Shown: positions 35,822-46,590, numbered from the stretch's first letter. The stretch is DNA of 64,000 nucleotides from an uncultured Nitrososphaerota archaeon (GCA_963842885.1 CAWJIE010000003.1:194684-258683), one strand, 5' to 3'. A program made the numbers and translations. The notes: generated by a model from the sequence alone, not told the origin.

Positions 35822-36567
35822 TCGGATGGGGCTCTGCCCAATCTGAGGTGTCTGGTCAGCGAGACCCCAGAGTCATCGATGCACATGTTGATCTGCCAGC
35901 TCTCGACCCCCCGGGCCGACGCAGCCTCCGCCGCATCGATGATCTTGCCGTTGAACCTGTCTCGGGCTGGCCGAACGAACGGGGGTGCGTCGTAGAGGTA
36001 GCAGAGGGCCACTATGGCCCTCCCGCCGCCGGCCAAGGACGAAGATAGCTCGGCGAAGTGCTTGATCAGCCTGTCGAAGGAGTCGAACCTCGCATGCTTG
36101 ACCTTCGAACGACCTGCGGACGGGAGCATTATGAGGGGGGTCTTCACCTCCAAGAAAGTGTCGCCGACCTTGAAGTCGATCCGAGAATGTCCCAGCTTGA
36201 CCTCCCGTCGCACCTCCCCTGTAACCATGTCCGAGAGCTGCCCGGAGACCAAAAAGAAGTTGACGTAGGCGTTGGCGGCCGTCTGGTTGATTCCGATCCA
36301 AGTCCTAGCCTTCCTTCTCGCGGGGTCAGGTGAAATGGCTTCGACTGTGTAGGCGGTCTTGCGGCCGGCCCTAGCTTTCCTGGAAGCAAGGCAGCGCAGA
36401 CCAGAGAGAGGCAGGTCCCCGATCCTCCCCGTCGTGGGGCAGTGGCATCTCTCGACCCGCCCTTCCAGTTCCACAAGCATGACGAACCTGTTGGGACGCG
36501 ACCTGATGACCCCCTCCGACAACCTGGCGGGGAAGAGCAGTTTGGTCGACCGAGTCGTGCGCTTCAT
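35818..36567 (-). CDS. sfsA: SfsA-family (sugar fermentation stimulation protein A-like) nuclease-fold protein
   Basis: RPNRFVMLVELEGRVERCHCPTTGRIGD, RIDFKVGDTFLEVK and ALCYLYDAPPFVRP. Internal ATG (MKRTTRS) chosen; the upstream 79 codons are low complexity. Confidence 0.75.
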   Translation of the reverse strand: MKRTTRSTKLLFPARLSEGVIRSRPNRFVMLVELEGRVERCHCPTTGRIGDLPLSGLRCLASRKARAGRKTAYTVEAISPDPARRKARTWIGINQTAANAYVNFFLVSGQLSDMVTGEVRREVKLGHSRIDFKVGDTFLEVKTPLIMLPSAGRSKVKHARFDSFDRLIKHFAELSSSLAGGGRAIVALCYLYDAPPFVRPARDRFNGKIIDAAEAASARGVESWQINMCIDDSGVSLTRHLRLGRAPSE

Positions 36568-36909
36568 AATCTTCCCTCTTCCCACATGAGCAGGAGGAAG
36601 GAGCTTATCAACGGCTAGAGGATTCGGGGCTGATGGCCAGGTCGCCCGAACCCCTGAGATATGATTATTAAGCGAGGGCCGCGGTCTGGCAAGTGGCGAT
36701 GAAGACTCTAGCCCATGCGACTTCGGGATGAGCTGGATCTTGAGTTCTGAGCCGACCTTAGTCTTTGCAAGCAAGGGGGACCGCGTCGAGGTCGCCATTC
36801 GCAAGATGGGTCGCGGCGAAGCCTGACGTTCGACTCAGGGTTCCAAATGGGCGGGCAAGCGCCTGAAACGATGGGGCATGGTCAATTGGCGGTCTCAACG
36901 GTGAACGAG

Positions 36910-36926
36910 TTGAAAAGTTCATAAGC
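36910..36926 (+). promoter_or_regulatory. Putative BRE/TATA promoter (TTGAAAAGTTCATAAGC)
   Basis: Same GAAAAGTT core as the 8751 and 14192 elements; about 40 nt upstream of ATG 36964. Confidence 0.4.
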
Positions 36927-36963
36927 AGTGCGGGAAAACACCACTGCCGGAGGTTAATTAGGG

Positions 36964-38564
36964 ATGGAGATGCAGGCTAGACAGGAATCGAAGAACCTGA
37001 TTAGCGCCACGAAGAGCATCTGCCCAGAATGCAACAGGACCATCCCGGCGGAAATCTCCGCCAAGGATGGCAAGGTCTACATATCGAAGACCTGTCCCGA
37101 CCACGGGTATTTCGAAGACTTGTACTTCGGGGACTACGACATGTACGTCAGGTTCTCCAAGTACGCCAAGGATGGCAGGGGCATCGAGAACCCCGACATC
37201 GTGGCGGCAGCCGTGAACTGCCCCGCGAGCTGCGGCCTCTGTTCCAACCATCTCAGTCATACCGCACTTGCCAACATCATTGTGACGAACCGCTGCGATC
37301 TCAACTGCTGGTACTGCTTCTTCTACGCCGAGAAGGCCGGTTACATCTACGAGCCGTCCCTGGACCAGATACGCGGCATGGTCAGGAAGATGCGAGCTGA
37401 GAAGCCTATCCCGGGTGCCGCCCTCCAGCTGACGGGAGGCGAACCTACGCTGAGGGAGGACCTATGGATATCATCAAGATAGCAAAGGAGGAGGGCGTAG
37501 AGCATGTCCAGCTTAACACGGACGGCATAAACCTCGCCAACGACGCCCTTCTTGCGCAAAAAGTGAAGGAGGCGGGGGTCAACACCGTATACCTGAGCTT
37601 CGACGGCGTCACTCCAAAGACCAACCCCAAGAACTACTGGGAGATCCCATCCGTCCTCAAGAACGCGAGGGCTGCGAGGCTGGGTCTGGTCCTTGTCCCC
37701 ACCGTGATCAGGGGCGTAAATGACCATGAAGTCGGGGACATGATCCGCTTCGGGTTCAAGAACAAAGACATAGTCAGATCTGTCAACTTCCAGCCGGTAT
37801 CTCTCGTGGGCCGTATGTCTAGGGGAGACCTGAGCAAGTACAGGATCACCATACCCGATGTCATAAGAAGGGTGGAGGAGCAGACGGACGGCGTGATTCA
37901 GAGGGACGACTGGTTCCCCGTCCCAGCCTCCATGCCGTTCTCCTCCTTCGTAGAGGCGTGGGTGGAGACGCCCAAGTACGAGCTGACAACGCACTTTGCC
38001 TGCGGGGCGGCGACCTACGTCTTCGAAAAGGACGGCAAGATGGTTCCGCTGACTAGGTTCATCGACATCCCTGGATTGCTGGAGTTCCTCTCGACCGAGT
38101 CCGTCGCTCTCGAGCATGGACGGTCAAAGGTCGTTTCCGGGGCTAAGCTCCTCTTGAAGCTCAGAAAGCTCGTGAACTCTGAGAGGGCGCCGGAGGGCTT
38201 GAAGCTGGGAGACATCCTCTACGACGCCATTGTCAAACATGACTACTCTTCGCTCGGAGAGTTCCACAAGCGCTCGCTGTTCGTCGGGACAATGCATTTC
38301 ATGGACAAGTACAACCATGACGAAGAAAGGGTCCGCCGGTGCGACGTCCACTACCTCACTCCCGACAATCGCATCATACCTTTCTGCAGCTTCAATGTCA
38401 TACCTGAATGGTACAGGGACGCAATACAGAAGAAGTACTCTATCTCCATCGAAGAATGGGAGAAGCGGACGGGGAGGACCTTGAAGTCTGGATACTACAA
38501 GCGCACACGTGCCCCTACCGGCGAGGACCAGAACCTCCTCAACCTTCCCAGAGTGCCTTCGTAA
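36964..38564 (+). CDS. Radical SAM protein of the COG1964 / tetraether lipid synthase (Tes, GDGT-MAS)-like family; apparent frameshift near 37459-37463
   Basis: N-terminal CPEC..CPDHG ribbon, CPASCGLCSNH, radical-SAM NRCDLNCWYCF, GGEPTLRED and a long C-terminal domain. About 530 aa after joining the two ORFs. Confidence 0.65.
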
Positions 38565-38696
38565 TCCCTTTTCCCAATCCACTTTCGGCTATCCGGCCTT
38601 CACGAAAGCGGCAATACTTTCATGGAACCCCGCATAGATAATGCACCCCAAACCATGATAAATGTTATAACCAGTAAAACTGTATTCCCATGACAG

Positions 38697-39842
38697 ATGG
38701 GCCCCTCCGTCTTCAGGGAGGAGTACAAGCTCCTCCCCGACTACCTTCCAGGGAAGATCCCCCACCGGGAGGGCGAGCTCGAGCAGCTGAGGAGGACATA
38801 CGCATCGGTCCTATCTTCGGTCCCCACGCCAGCGACCTCGTTTCTCCTGGGACCCGTGGGCACGGGCAAGACGATGCTAGCTCGAAAGCTCTGCAGCGGG
38901 CTGGAGGAGGACGGCAGGAGGGATGGCGTCATCGTCAAGGCCATTACGGTGAACTGCAGAATCGACAAGGGACCTTCTTCGGTGCTGAACAGGATGGTGG
39001 AGTCCTTGGGCCTCACCTTCCCCAAGCGCGGTTACGAGGTACAGGAGACGCTGCGCTTCCTGATGGACGAGCTCCTTCAGATGAAGGCCAGGCTTCTCCT
39101 TGTCTTGGATGAAGTGGATAGCCTCGTATCGACCAGCGGCGTTGCCTTCCTCTACACGTTGGCTAGGATAAACGAGACGGTGAGCTCCCCCGTCCTCTCC
39201 CTCTTGATGATTTCTAAGGACTTGCGCTTCTTCTGGGAGGTGGACGCCAGCACAAGGAGCTCGCTGCAGAAGGCCGTCGTGAAGCTCCCTCCATATACCG
39301 CTGATCAGCTCCTTTCGATCGTCCTGAGCAGGAGCGAAGAAGCCCTTAACCCTGGGGTGCTGGACGAAGACACGGCCCGCCTGATCGCGGGCGCGGCTGG
39401 TGATTCGGGGGACGCCCGGTACGGCCTAGAGCTGCTGTACAGGTCTGCGAAGATGGCCGACTACAACGGCGCCGAGAGGGTGAGGGCTGCCGATGTGCAG
39501 GAGGCGAGGAACAGCCTCCCCCCTCAGGTCAGCCTCGAAGAGCTGAGCTACCTCAACCGCCATGAGCGCATCATACTGATGGCTGCGGCGCGCCTCCTGA
39601 AGCCCGCCGACAGGGCGTTCGTGTCGACGGGGGAGCTGGAGAGCGAATACGGCTCCATCTGCTCCTCCATGGGCATCAGGCCTCGCCGGCACACCATGGT
39701 CTGGATGTCCATCCAGAACCTCAAGGCCAGGGGTTTCTTCGTCGCGTCTCAGTCGGGCAAGGGAAGGAGGGGAAGGACCACGTTGATCGGCCTGAACATG
39801 TCCCCATTGGAAGTGATAAGGACATGTTCGGGGGAAGAGTGA
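38697..39842 (+). CDS. cdc6: Orc1/Cdc6 replication initiator
   Basis: 381 aa; HREGELEQL, Walker A GPVGTGKT, Walker B LLLVLDEVD, GDARYGLELL and a C-terminal winged helix. Confidence 0.9.
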   Translation: MGPSVFREEYKLLPDYLPGKIPHREGELEQLRRTYASVLSSVPTPATSFLLGPVGTGKTMLARKLCSGLEEDGRRDGVIVKAITVNCRIDKGPSSVLNRMVESLGLTFPKRGYEVQETLRFLMDELLQMKARLLLVLDEVDSLVSTSGVAFLYTLARINETVSSPVLSLLMISKDLRFFWEVDASTRSSLQKAVVKLPPYTADQLLSIVLSRSEEALNPGVLDEDTARLIAGAAGDSGDARYGLELLYRSAKMADYNGAERVRAADVQEARNSLPPQVSLEELSYLNRHERIILMAAARLLKPADRAFVSTGELESEYGSICSSMGIRPRRHTMVWMSIQNLKARGFFVASQSGKGRRGRTTLIGLNMSPLEVIRTCSGEE

Positions 39843-39848
39843 GACGAA

Positions 39849-40148
39849 ATGGAATCCCTGCATCTGGAGGAGGTCTTCGGCACGGCGGGCCGGGTGAAGG
39901 TACTCCTTATGCTCATAGACCAGGAGGAGATGAACATCTCCCAGATAGTCAGGCTGTCGGGGCTGGAGCACTCGTCCGTGCAGAAGTACCTGAAATCGCT
40001 CTGCGAGCAGCACCTCATTCACGAAAAGAGGTACGGCAGGATCCGCATATTCGCGATCGAGGAGAAGAACCCCTACGTCGTGCTGCTCAAGAGATTCTTC
40101 GCGGACTGGCGAAGGATGGCGGAGGTCCAGGGCGCGGGCTACCTCTAG
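39849..40148 (+). CDS. Winged-helix (ArsR-like) transcriptional regulator
   Basis: 99 aa; RVKVLLMLIDQEEMNISQIVRLSGLEHSSVQKYLKSL. Confidence 0.6.
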   Translation: MESLHLEEVFGTAGRVKVLLMLIDQEEMNISQIVRLSGLEHSSVQKYLKSLCEQHLIHEKRYGRIRIFAIEEKNPYVVLLKRFFADWRRMAEVQGAGYL

Positions 40149-40204
40149 ATTGCCAACGATAGCATTTTAACCAATGGATGGGGTATCGGAGGATGTGAAT
40201 CCTA

Positions 40205-40642
40205 TTGGCTAGGATGGTGGACGTGTCCTCGAAGCCCGTCGTTAGGAGGGAGGCTGTCGCCGAGGGTTTTATCAAACTCAACAGCCGAACCCTGAAGGTC
40301 ATCAGGGAGAAGGGTCTCGAGAAGGGAGATGCCGAGGAGATAGCGAAGCTGGGGGCGATCACGGCCGCCAAGCGGACATCTGACATCTTGATGTTATGCC
40401 ATCCCATCCCCATCGAGGCCGTGGAAGTGGAGGTTGATGTGGAGAAGGACGGCGTAAGGGTCACCAGCCACGTCGTCGCACAGGCCAAGACAGGCGTGGA
40501 AATGGAGGCGCTTACGGCAGTCGCTATCGGGCTTCTCAACGTCTGGGACGTTACCAAGAGGTACGAGAAGGACGCCCAGGGGCAGTACCCTTCCACCGCT
40601 CTGCGGGACATCCACGTCGTGCGTAAGGTGAAGAAACAGTGA
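40205..40642 (+). CDS. moaC: Cyclic pyranopterin monophosphate synthase accessory protein MoaC
   Basis: 145 aa; KGDAEEIAKLGAITAAKRTSDILMLCHPIP and TGVEMEALTAVAIGLLNVWD. Confidence 0.85.
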   Translation: MARMVDVSSKPVVRREAVAEGFIKLNSRTLKVIREKGLEKGDAEEIAKLGAITAAKRTSDILMLCHPIPIEAVEVEVDVEKDGVRVTSHVVAQAKTGVEMEALTAVAIGLLNVWDVTKRYEKDAQGQYPSTALRDIHVVRKVKKQ

Positions 40643-41166
40643 GCTACACATCTGAGCACCACCACCGCGACAGGAAGGACCTGCGCCTCGGCATCATCAC
40701 CGTGAGCTCTTCACGGTCCGCAGCTGCCAGGGACGGAAAAGAAGTCATAGACGAATCCGGGGACAGGGCCTGCGCCATGACCAAGGAACAGGGTTTCCGC
40801 GTGACCTTCAGGAAGCTGGTGGGTGACGACATGATTGACATCCGCCTTGCCTTGTCGGAAGGGTTGGCGGCCGGCCTTGTCGATGCCCTGGTATTCATCG
40901 GCGGCACCGGGGCCGCTTCATCGGATGTGACGCCTGAGGCGGTGGAGCCAATCCTGAAGAAGGATCTCCCGGGCTTCGGCGAACTGTTTCGCCAGAGGAG
41001 CAGCCAGACGATCGGCTCTGCTTCGACCCTCAGCAGGGCGATGGCAGGGACTGTGGATACGGTCGCCGTCTTTTGCCTGCCGGGTTCTCTTGACGGGTCC
41101 GCCCTAGGGATGGAGATAGTCTTGGAAATCCTGCCTCACCTCAGGGCTGTGCTAGGGCCGCCCTAG
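40639..41166 (+). CDS. moaB: Molybdenum cofactor biosynthesis protein MoaB/MogA family
   Basis: 175 aa; LGIITVSSSR, FIGGTGAASSDVTPEA and AVFCLPGS. Overlaps the moaC stop. Confidence 0.8.
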   Translation: MSYTSEHHHRDRKDLRLGIITVSSSRSAAARDGKEVIDESGDRACAMTKEQGFRVTFRKLVGDDMIDIRLALSEGLAAGLVDALVFIGGTGAASSDVTPEAVEPILKKDLPGFGELFRQRSSQTIGSASTLSRAMAGTVDTVAVFCLPGSLDGSALGMEIVLEILPHLRAVLGPP

Positions 41167-41508
41167 CGAGCTGCTCCACTTCCTCGTGTATGCGTCAAGG
41201 TCATCGCGGGAGCACTTCAAACATATGCATCTCCCGCCCACCTGCTCGACGGAGCAGACGCTCCTGTATGAACAGTCGGCGCAGGAAGCCTCGTTCCCGC
41301 AGACATAACACCTGAAGAGGAAGTACACGTCCCCGCCGACGGCGACCGAGATGACCTGCTTGGCACTCCGGAGGTCGATGCTGGACCCGATGAAGAAGCC
41401 CTTGCCTGTGGTGTACTCCACTCCCGCCTTCATCAGCTCCTTGAACGCCTCCTTGCCCAACCTGGGCAGGTTCACCCAGGTATCCAGCTGGATCCTGGCG
41501 TCGCTCAT
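41152..41508 (-). CDS. Hypothetical Cys-rich protein
   Basis: ORF track; CYVCGNEASCADCSYRSVC..CICLKC cluster. Start at MSDARIQ assumed. Confidence 0.35.
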   Translation of the reverse strand: MSDARIQLDTWVNLPRLGKEAFKELMKAGVEYTTGKGFFIGSSIDLRSAKQVISVAVGGDVYFLFRCYVCGNEASCADCSYRSVCSVEQVGGRCICLKCSRDDLDAYTRKWSSSLGRP

Positions 41509-42245
41509 GAGTATACGAGCACCCCGAAAGAAAGCAGTATGCCCGCCCACGCGGCCACAGTCATTACGAGAGCAGCATAGTCACGCGACGCCAGCCGAAG
41601 CGCGTAAAGAGACGTGGGCTTCTTGACGGCACCGTAGCCCCTCGACTCCATGGCCTCCGCCAGCTCGCCGCTGCGAACGAGGGCGTTGACGATGAGAGGG
41701 ATGAGGACAGGAATCAGGTTTCGGAGGCGCTTGACCGGTCCTCCCCTGTCCAACTCAAGGCCTCTCGACTTCTGAGCGTCGATGATCTGAGTCAAGTCAA
41801 GCATCAGGACCGGCACGAACCTGACGGCCGTTACAAAGGCGAATACGAAGTCCCTGGGCAGCCTGAACCATCTCATTACGTACTCGAGCTCGTCGGGGGA
41901 GGTCGTGACGAAGAAGAGCGAGGTCGATGCCACTATGGCCATAAACCTAAGGGTCAGCGTAGCGCTCCTAAGCAACCCATAGCCGAAGACTAGGTTGATT
42001 ATGAAGATGAACGCGGCGAAGGTCAGCGAAACGCTCATCACCTTTCCAAGCCTTCGAAGAGACTTGGCCAGAGCAGCCGGAACGACGATGGCGCCGAAGA
42101 CCACAGCCAGCTGGTAGAGGTTCGAACTCAGCAGTGCTATTGAGAAGAGTGCGATGGAGATTAGCAGTTTTATGCGCGGGTCCAGCCTGTGGATCAGCGT
42201 GTCCTGGTGCCTGAACCTCAGACCGTCGGCGAGGAGATGTGCCAA
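41505..42245 (-). CDS. ecfT: ECF transporter transmembrane (T) component, EcfT/CbiQ family
   Basis: 246 aa; LIHRLDPRIKL and multiple TM segments. Adjacent to the ATPase gene. Confidence 0.75.
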   Translation of the reverse strand: MAHLLADGLRFRHQDTLIHRLDPRIKLLISIALFSIALLSSNLYQLAVVFGAIVVPAALAKSLRRLGKVMSVSLTFAAFIFIINLVFGYGLLRSATLTLRFMAIVASTSLFFVTTSPDELEYVMRWFRLPRDFVFAFVTAVRFVPVLMLDLTQIIDAQKSRGLELDRGGPVKRLRNLIPVLIPLIVNALVRSGELAEAMESRGYGAVKKPTSLYALRLASRDYAALVMTVAAWAGILLSFGVLVYS

Positions 42246-42250
42246 TCTGA

Positions 42251-43903
42251 CTACCTCCCCGACAGCCAGTTCGCGGCGTCGGAAACATCCCTGAAAGGGG
42301 GACTCTTGCCAAATAGCTTCGAGATGGTGACGAGCTGAGGCTGCCTGAGCCCCGCGCCCTCGAGGAGGGACGAGTCCGAGAAGATAGTCTGCGAGTCGCC
42401 GTCCGCCACCACCTTCCCTCCCTTCATCACGACAGTCCTGGCGTCCAGAGGCCAGAGGAACTCCAGGTCGTGCGAAACCACTATGACGGTCTTCTTTGCC
42501 GCCACCAGCTGCCTTATCGTATCGAGGATGCGGCTCTTGCTAGGGTAGTCCTGGCCCACGGTGGGCTCGTCCAGCACTAGGACCTCCGGGTTCCAAGCCA
42601 TGACGGCGGCGATGCAGAGGCGCTTCTTCTCTCCGCCGCTGAGGGTCAGCGGAGCCCTCTGTCTCAGAGAGTCGAGGCCGAAGTAGCTGAAGACCTCCCC
42701 TGCCCGACGGACGGCGTCCTCCTCGAGGAATCCGAAGTTCCTGAGGCCGAAGAGCACCTCCGATTCGGCGGTTTCGGAGAAGAACTGATGGTCGGAGTTC
42801 TGAAAGACGAGGCCAATCTTACGGGACAGTTCGGCGACGCTCTGCTCCTTTGTCTCCCTTCCGAATATCTTCACCGAGCCGGAGGTGGGCTTTCAGGAGG
42901 CCGTTCAGGTGCTTGAGAAGGGTCGTCTTGCCGGCGCCGTTGCCTCCGACGATGGCCAATACTTCGCCCGTGTCGACTTCCAAGCTCACGTCGTCCAGGG
43001 CCACCACGCCGTTGAGCTGTTTGAACGTGACGTTCCTTAGCTCGATTATCGCCAAGTCTCCTTCGCCTCCGAATAGAACGCGTCGACGCTGAGGTCGATC
43101 TTGCCCGACCATCGCCCTAGAGACCGGAGCTGCCGCTGCAGCTCCACGACCGTGGGCGCGGAAAGGCCGACTTCGTGAATGCCCTCTGATGCCAGCACCT
43201 CTACGGGAGGACCCGACTTCCAAACCCGCCCGTCTGAAAGGATGATGAGCTGATCGGCGATGGGGGCGACCAGCTCCAGCCTGTGTTCTACGAGGAGGAC
43301 GCTCAAGCCCAGCTCGGCGTTGAGCTCCTTGACGAGGGCGACAACATCGGTGGCCGTCCTCGGGTCGAGAAGTGAAGTGGGCTCGTCCAGCACAAGGAGC
43401 TCGGGCCCCATGGCCAGAGCGCCCGCGATGGCCACCCGCTGCTTCTGGCCGTCAGAGAGCTCGCTGGGGGACCTGTTGCGAAGGTCCTCGATGTTCAGGA
43501 GCCTCAGCGACTCGTCGACCCTGCGGGCGATCTCCGACCGCTCCACGCCGAGGTTCTCCAGGCCGAAGGCGATATCCCGCTCGACGGTGAACATGAAGAT
43601 CTGGTTCTCGGGGTTCTGGAAGAGGAAGCCTATCTTCTTCGCCAGCTCGTAGGTGGGTGTGTCCTGGGCCACCAGCCCGTCCACCACGACCCTTCCCGAA
43701 TACTCTCCGGGGTAGATGTGTGGGATGAGGCCGTTGATGCACCTAAGAAGGGTGGTCTTCCCGCTGCCGCTGGCACCGGCCAGGACAGCGATCTCCCCCC
43801 TCCGAACTGACAGGTTGACGTTTTGAAGGGTGGGGAGGCCCAGGCCCATGTAGCTGAACGAGAGGTCTTCGAACCTCAGAATCTCGTCTGCCGCCCCCCA
43901 CCA
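42251..43903 (-). CDS. Fused tandem ECF/ABC ATPase (EcfA1-EcfA2-like); apparent frameshifts near 42890-42897 and in the C6 run 43893-43898
   Basis: Two full ATPase cassettes: GASGSGKTT/LSDGQKQR/LLVLDEP and GGNGAGKTT/LSGGEKKR/VLVLDEP. The conserved ILRFEDLSFSY lies upstream of the track ATG, so a GTG start near 43903 is inferred. Confidence 0.75.
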
Positions 43904-43955
43904 CCTTCGCGAAAGGTGAAGGGCTTGGAGTAGCTTATTAAACTGTTGTGGGAGG

Positions 43956-44966
43956 TCAGGTCAGCTCTTTTAGTTGCAGGCCCAGCTTCGCCTCAAGCGT
44001 CTCCTTGAACGCCTGAATGATGACCTCGGGCTTGGCAGGGACGTTCATGGAGGCGGCCGTGGGGTGCCCGCCACCTGCGCCCCCGAAACGTTCGGAGAAG
44101 GCCTTGCAGAAATCGGTTCCCAAATGGATGCCCGTCTTCTCCTTGAAAATCTGCGTGGAGCGTAGGCTGGCGCGTGTCTCGTCCTCCACCTCTCCCAGCG
44201 CCAACGAAACGTCGGCACCGACGTCTATCAAGGCACGAGCGACCGAGGCCTGAAAGGAACCCACTGTCGTGACCGCGGCCAGCCATTCGCCGGCCCTATA
44301 GTAGGCGGCCCTCTTCGACGCCTTTATCCTGGCGATGGATTCGGACACATCCCTCCTGGTGCGCAGAACGCTTCTCGCCTTCTCCACGTCGCCCCCAAGG
44401 CCGCACAACCGGTCCACGCAGGAGATCGTCCTGTTGGAGGCTATGGTGAGGAACTGGGAGTCGGCCATTATCCCCAGGAGGAGAGCCTTCGCCGTCTCCC
44501 TCGTCACCTTGATGGCAGCGCTCTCCGCCAACTGGAAGACGAGCTCGCTCGCGGACGAGGCCTTGACGTCGATGACGACCGAATTCACAATGCCCTTCAT
44601 GCTGTCGTCGGGCGGGTGATGGTCGATGAGCACCCTGTAGGAGTTCATCGACTTGATCACTTCGGTCTGGGCGCTGAGAAGCGAAGAGTGGCCGGTATCG
44701 GTGATGATGACCAGGTCGTATCTCTGGCTGGGTATCTCTTCAAGGAAGGCGGCCTTCAGGACCGACAGGACCTTCCGGGACTGCAGCGTGACGCCTTCGG
44801 GGGACACGAGGGTGACGCGTTTCCCGGGGCCCGATGCTGAGGCCAGCCGCTTGATGGCCACCGCAGAGGCGACGGCGTCCACGTCGGCGTTCCTGTGGGT
44901 GACGACGAGAATCCTTCGCGCTCCAGCCAGCCGCCTAAGCGGGTTCCGGTTGAGAGAAGCGTTCAA
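43956..44966 (-). CDS. DHH/DHHA1-family phosphoesterase (NrnA-like)
   Basis: 336 aa; VVTHRNADVDAVAS, LIDHHP and GGGHPTAAS. Confidence 0.8.
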   Translation of the reverse strand: MNASLNRNPLRRLAGARRILVVTHRNADVDAVASAVAIKRLASASGPGKRVTLVSPEGVTLQSRKVLSVLKAAFLEEIPSQRYDLVIITDTGHSSLLSAQTEVIKSMNSYRVLIDHHPPDDSMKGIVNSVVIDVKASSASELVFQLAESAAIKVTRETAKALLLGIMADSQFLTIASNRTISCVDRLCGLGGDVEKARSVLRTRRDVSESIARIKASKRAAYYRAGEWLAAVTTVGSFQASVARALIDVGADVSLALGEVEDETRASLRSTQIFKEKTGIHLGTDFCKAFSERFGGAGGGHPTAASMNVPAKPEVIIQAFKETLEAKLGLQLKELT

Positions 44967-44969
44967 CGT

Positions 44970-45335
44970 TCAGCTGGCAGGAGGCTCTTGCTTGCTCTTT
45001 AAAGCTTCGTTGACCTTGTTCTGCACTTCTTGGAGGTTGGAACGTATCCGCTCCTCCTGCTTGGCCAGGACCAAGATCCTCGTGTTCGTGAGGTCGGTCT
45101 TCTCCTCCAACTCTTTCAAGAGGTCGTCCCGGTTGGCCTTGACAAGCACCGATCCAGCGTTCTTGTACACGATGGCGTCGGAGGCCGCCTTCTTCAGCTC
45201 CTCCGTCGCCCTGTCGGCCTCGGCCTTCTCTGCTTCCAGAAGCTGCTTTTGGCTCACGATGGCCTGGAGGTTCTGCTGAAGCTGGTCATAACGTGCCAGC
45301 TGTTCCTTGAGCCATGGTGGTATCTCTGTGCTCAG
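44970..45335 (-). CDS. pfdB: Prefoldin beta subunit; start codon unclear
   Basis: The track ORF starts at GTG 45257, but the conserved IPPWLKEQLARYDQLQQNLQAI lies in frame upstream. No ATG/GTG/TTG before it, so either a CTG start or an indel. Confidence 0.7.
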   Translation of the reverse strand: MSTEIPPWLKEQLARYDQLQQNLQAIVSQKQLLEAEKAEADRATEELKKAASDAIVYKNAGSVLVKANRDDLLKELEEKTDLTNTRILVLAKQEERIRSNLQEVQNKVNEALKSKQEPPAS

Positions 45336-45336
45336 T

Positions 45337-45573
45337 TCAATCTACCGCCTGAATGCTCTCTCTGGCTGCCTTTAAAAGTCTTAGAATCGAATTCGTAAAG
45401 ACCCTCGCGTCGCTCAACGACCTTCCGGTGACCTTCAAGACCAGGCCATCACGCGTGAGGGAGATGCGGAAGGGGGCGCGGCCATATTCGGATTCGGGGC
45501 GCAAGGCGTCGAGCAGAGCCTTCGCCTCGCCCCTGGCCGCTTCCACTTCGATCTCCACATAGGCCCTATTCAA
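45337..45573 (-). CDS. Pcc1-like (COG2892) KEOPS subunit candidate
   Basis: 78 aa; EIEVEAARGEAKALLDALRPE..LSDARVFTNSILRLLKAA. Typical position in the archaeal exosome superoperon. Confidence 0.55.
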   Translation of the reverse strand: MNRAYVEIEVEAARGEAKALLDALRPESEYGRAPFRISLTRDGLVLKVTGRSLSDARVFTNSILRLLKAARESIQAVD

Positions 45574-45775
45574 AGGAGTACGCCCCGCCGGCTGCCTTGA
45601 ACCCGCACTTCTCGCACTGCCACACTCCGGCGGCCGCGCGACGGAACTTCAAGGAACCGCAGCTGGGGCACTTCCTCTTTGCCTTGAGCAGCCTGTAGAC
45701 CCGGCTGTATCTCTTCCTGACGGTGGCCCCGTACCTCTGGCCCAGACCCTTAAGGGCTTGATCCTTCTTTGGCAC
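45566..45775 (-). CDS. rpl37ae: Ribosomal protein L37Ae (L43e)
   Basis: 69 aa; RYGATVRKRY and a CPSCG..CEKCG zinc ribbon. Confidence 0.9.
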   Translation of the reverse strand: MPKKDQALKGLGQRYGATVRKRYSRVYRLLKAKRKCPSCGSLKFRRAAAGVWQCEKCGFKAAGGAYSFE

Positions 45776-46590
45776 TTCCCACTACCTCCCTGATCCTTGC
45801 CTCTATCTCCTTGGACTTCAACAGTGCTGTATCCAGAGCCTTTAAGACTTGCTCTGGGGAGAAGCTCCCCTGGCCGCCCTTCTGGGCAGCACAGACCTGG
45901 CCGTTGGCAATGGCGAACGTCAGCCTCGCCTCTTGGACGGCCTCCTCTTCGGTCGTGGGGTCCATCAGCAGGAAGTCGCCGGCCTTAGAGGTCGTGATTG
46001 ACACGGGGATGGTCTGCACCGGCAGAGAAGACATCTCCTCCAGCTCCACCACCTTGTCCTCCTTCAGCGTCATCTTCTTGTACTTGGCGCTGGCCAGAGC
46101 GGACACCACCGCGTACGAAGTGGCGTCAAGGAGGTTCCCGTCAACGTTCACTACCGCGACGTCGACGAAGACAGAGTAGACCTTCTTCCCCTCCTCTATG
46201 ACCATCTGGTGCATGTCGACCATATGCGACTCGCGGACTCCGCGGTCCACGACGCGGGCTAGCTCGATGGAGTCTTCGTCCGGCGGCCCGGGCTCTGCGT
46301 AAGCGGATGCGATAGGCAGCACCTCGGCTCCCACGATGAGCAAGCCCTCGTCAGGGCGTGTCGGGGAACGGCGTCCCGACGGCCACTTTCACTCCGGCCA
46401 CGACCCTGGTGTCTCCGAGGTCCACGGTCGCGGAGCCGTTGGCCTTGATCATCGTGCCCACCTGGATCTTCAGCTCGCGGTAGTCTTCAAGGCCGCGTCC
46501 GTCCGCCCTTCTTCCCTGCGAGTACTGCTCCAGGATCTGCTCCCTGCGGAGGTTATCCACGAACAGGGCCTTCCTGTATGAAGTGGACAT
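45750..46590 (-). CDS. rrp42: Exosome complex subunit Rrp42 (RNase PH-like); apparent frameshift near 46349-46352
   Basis: RADGRGLEDYRELKIQVG..NGSATVDLGDTRV, then DEGLLIVGAEVLPIASA..DATSYAVVSAL in the next frame. Confidence 0.8.

Noticed and set aside
36568-36963. tRNA or C/D-box sRNA in the sfsA-tes spacer
   Set aside because: Candidate T-arm-like (CCTGACGTTCGACTCAGG) and C/D-like boxes do not complete a cloverleaf or a canonical RUGAUGA...CUGA pair.
38565-38696. Replication origin (ORB elements) upstream of orc1/cdc6
   Set aside because: Only a short AT-richer spacer is present, with one TTCATGGAACCCC-like element. There are no repeated ORB or mini-ORB copies and no clear unwinding element, so the evidence is insufficient.
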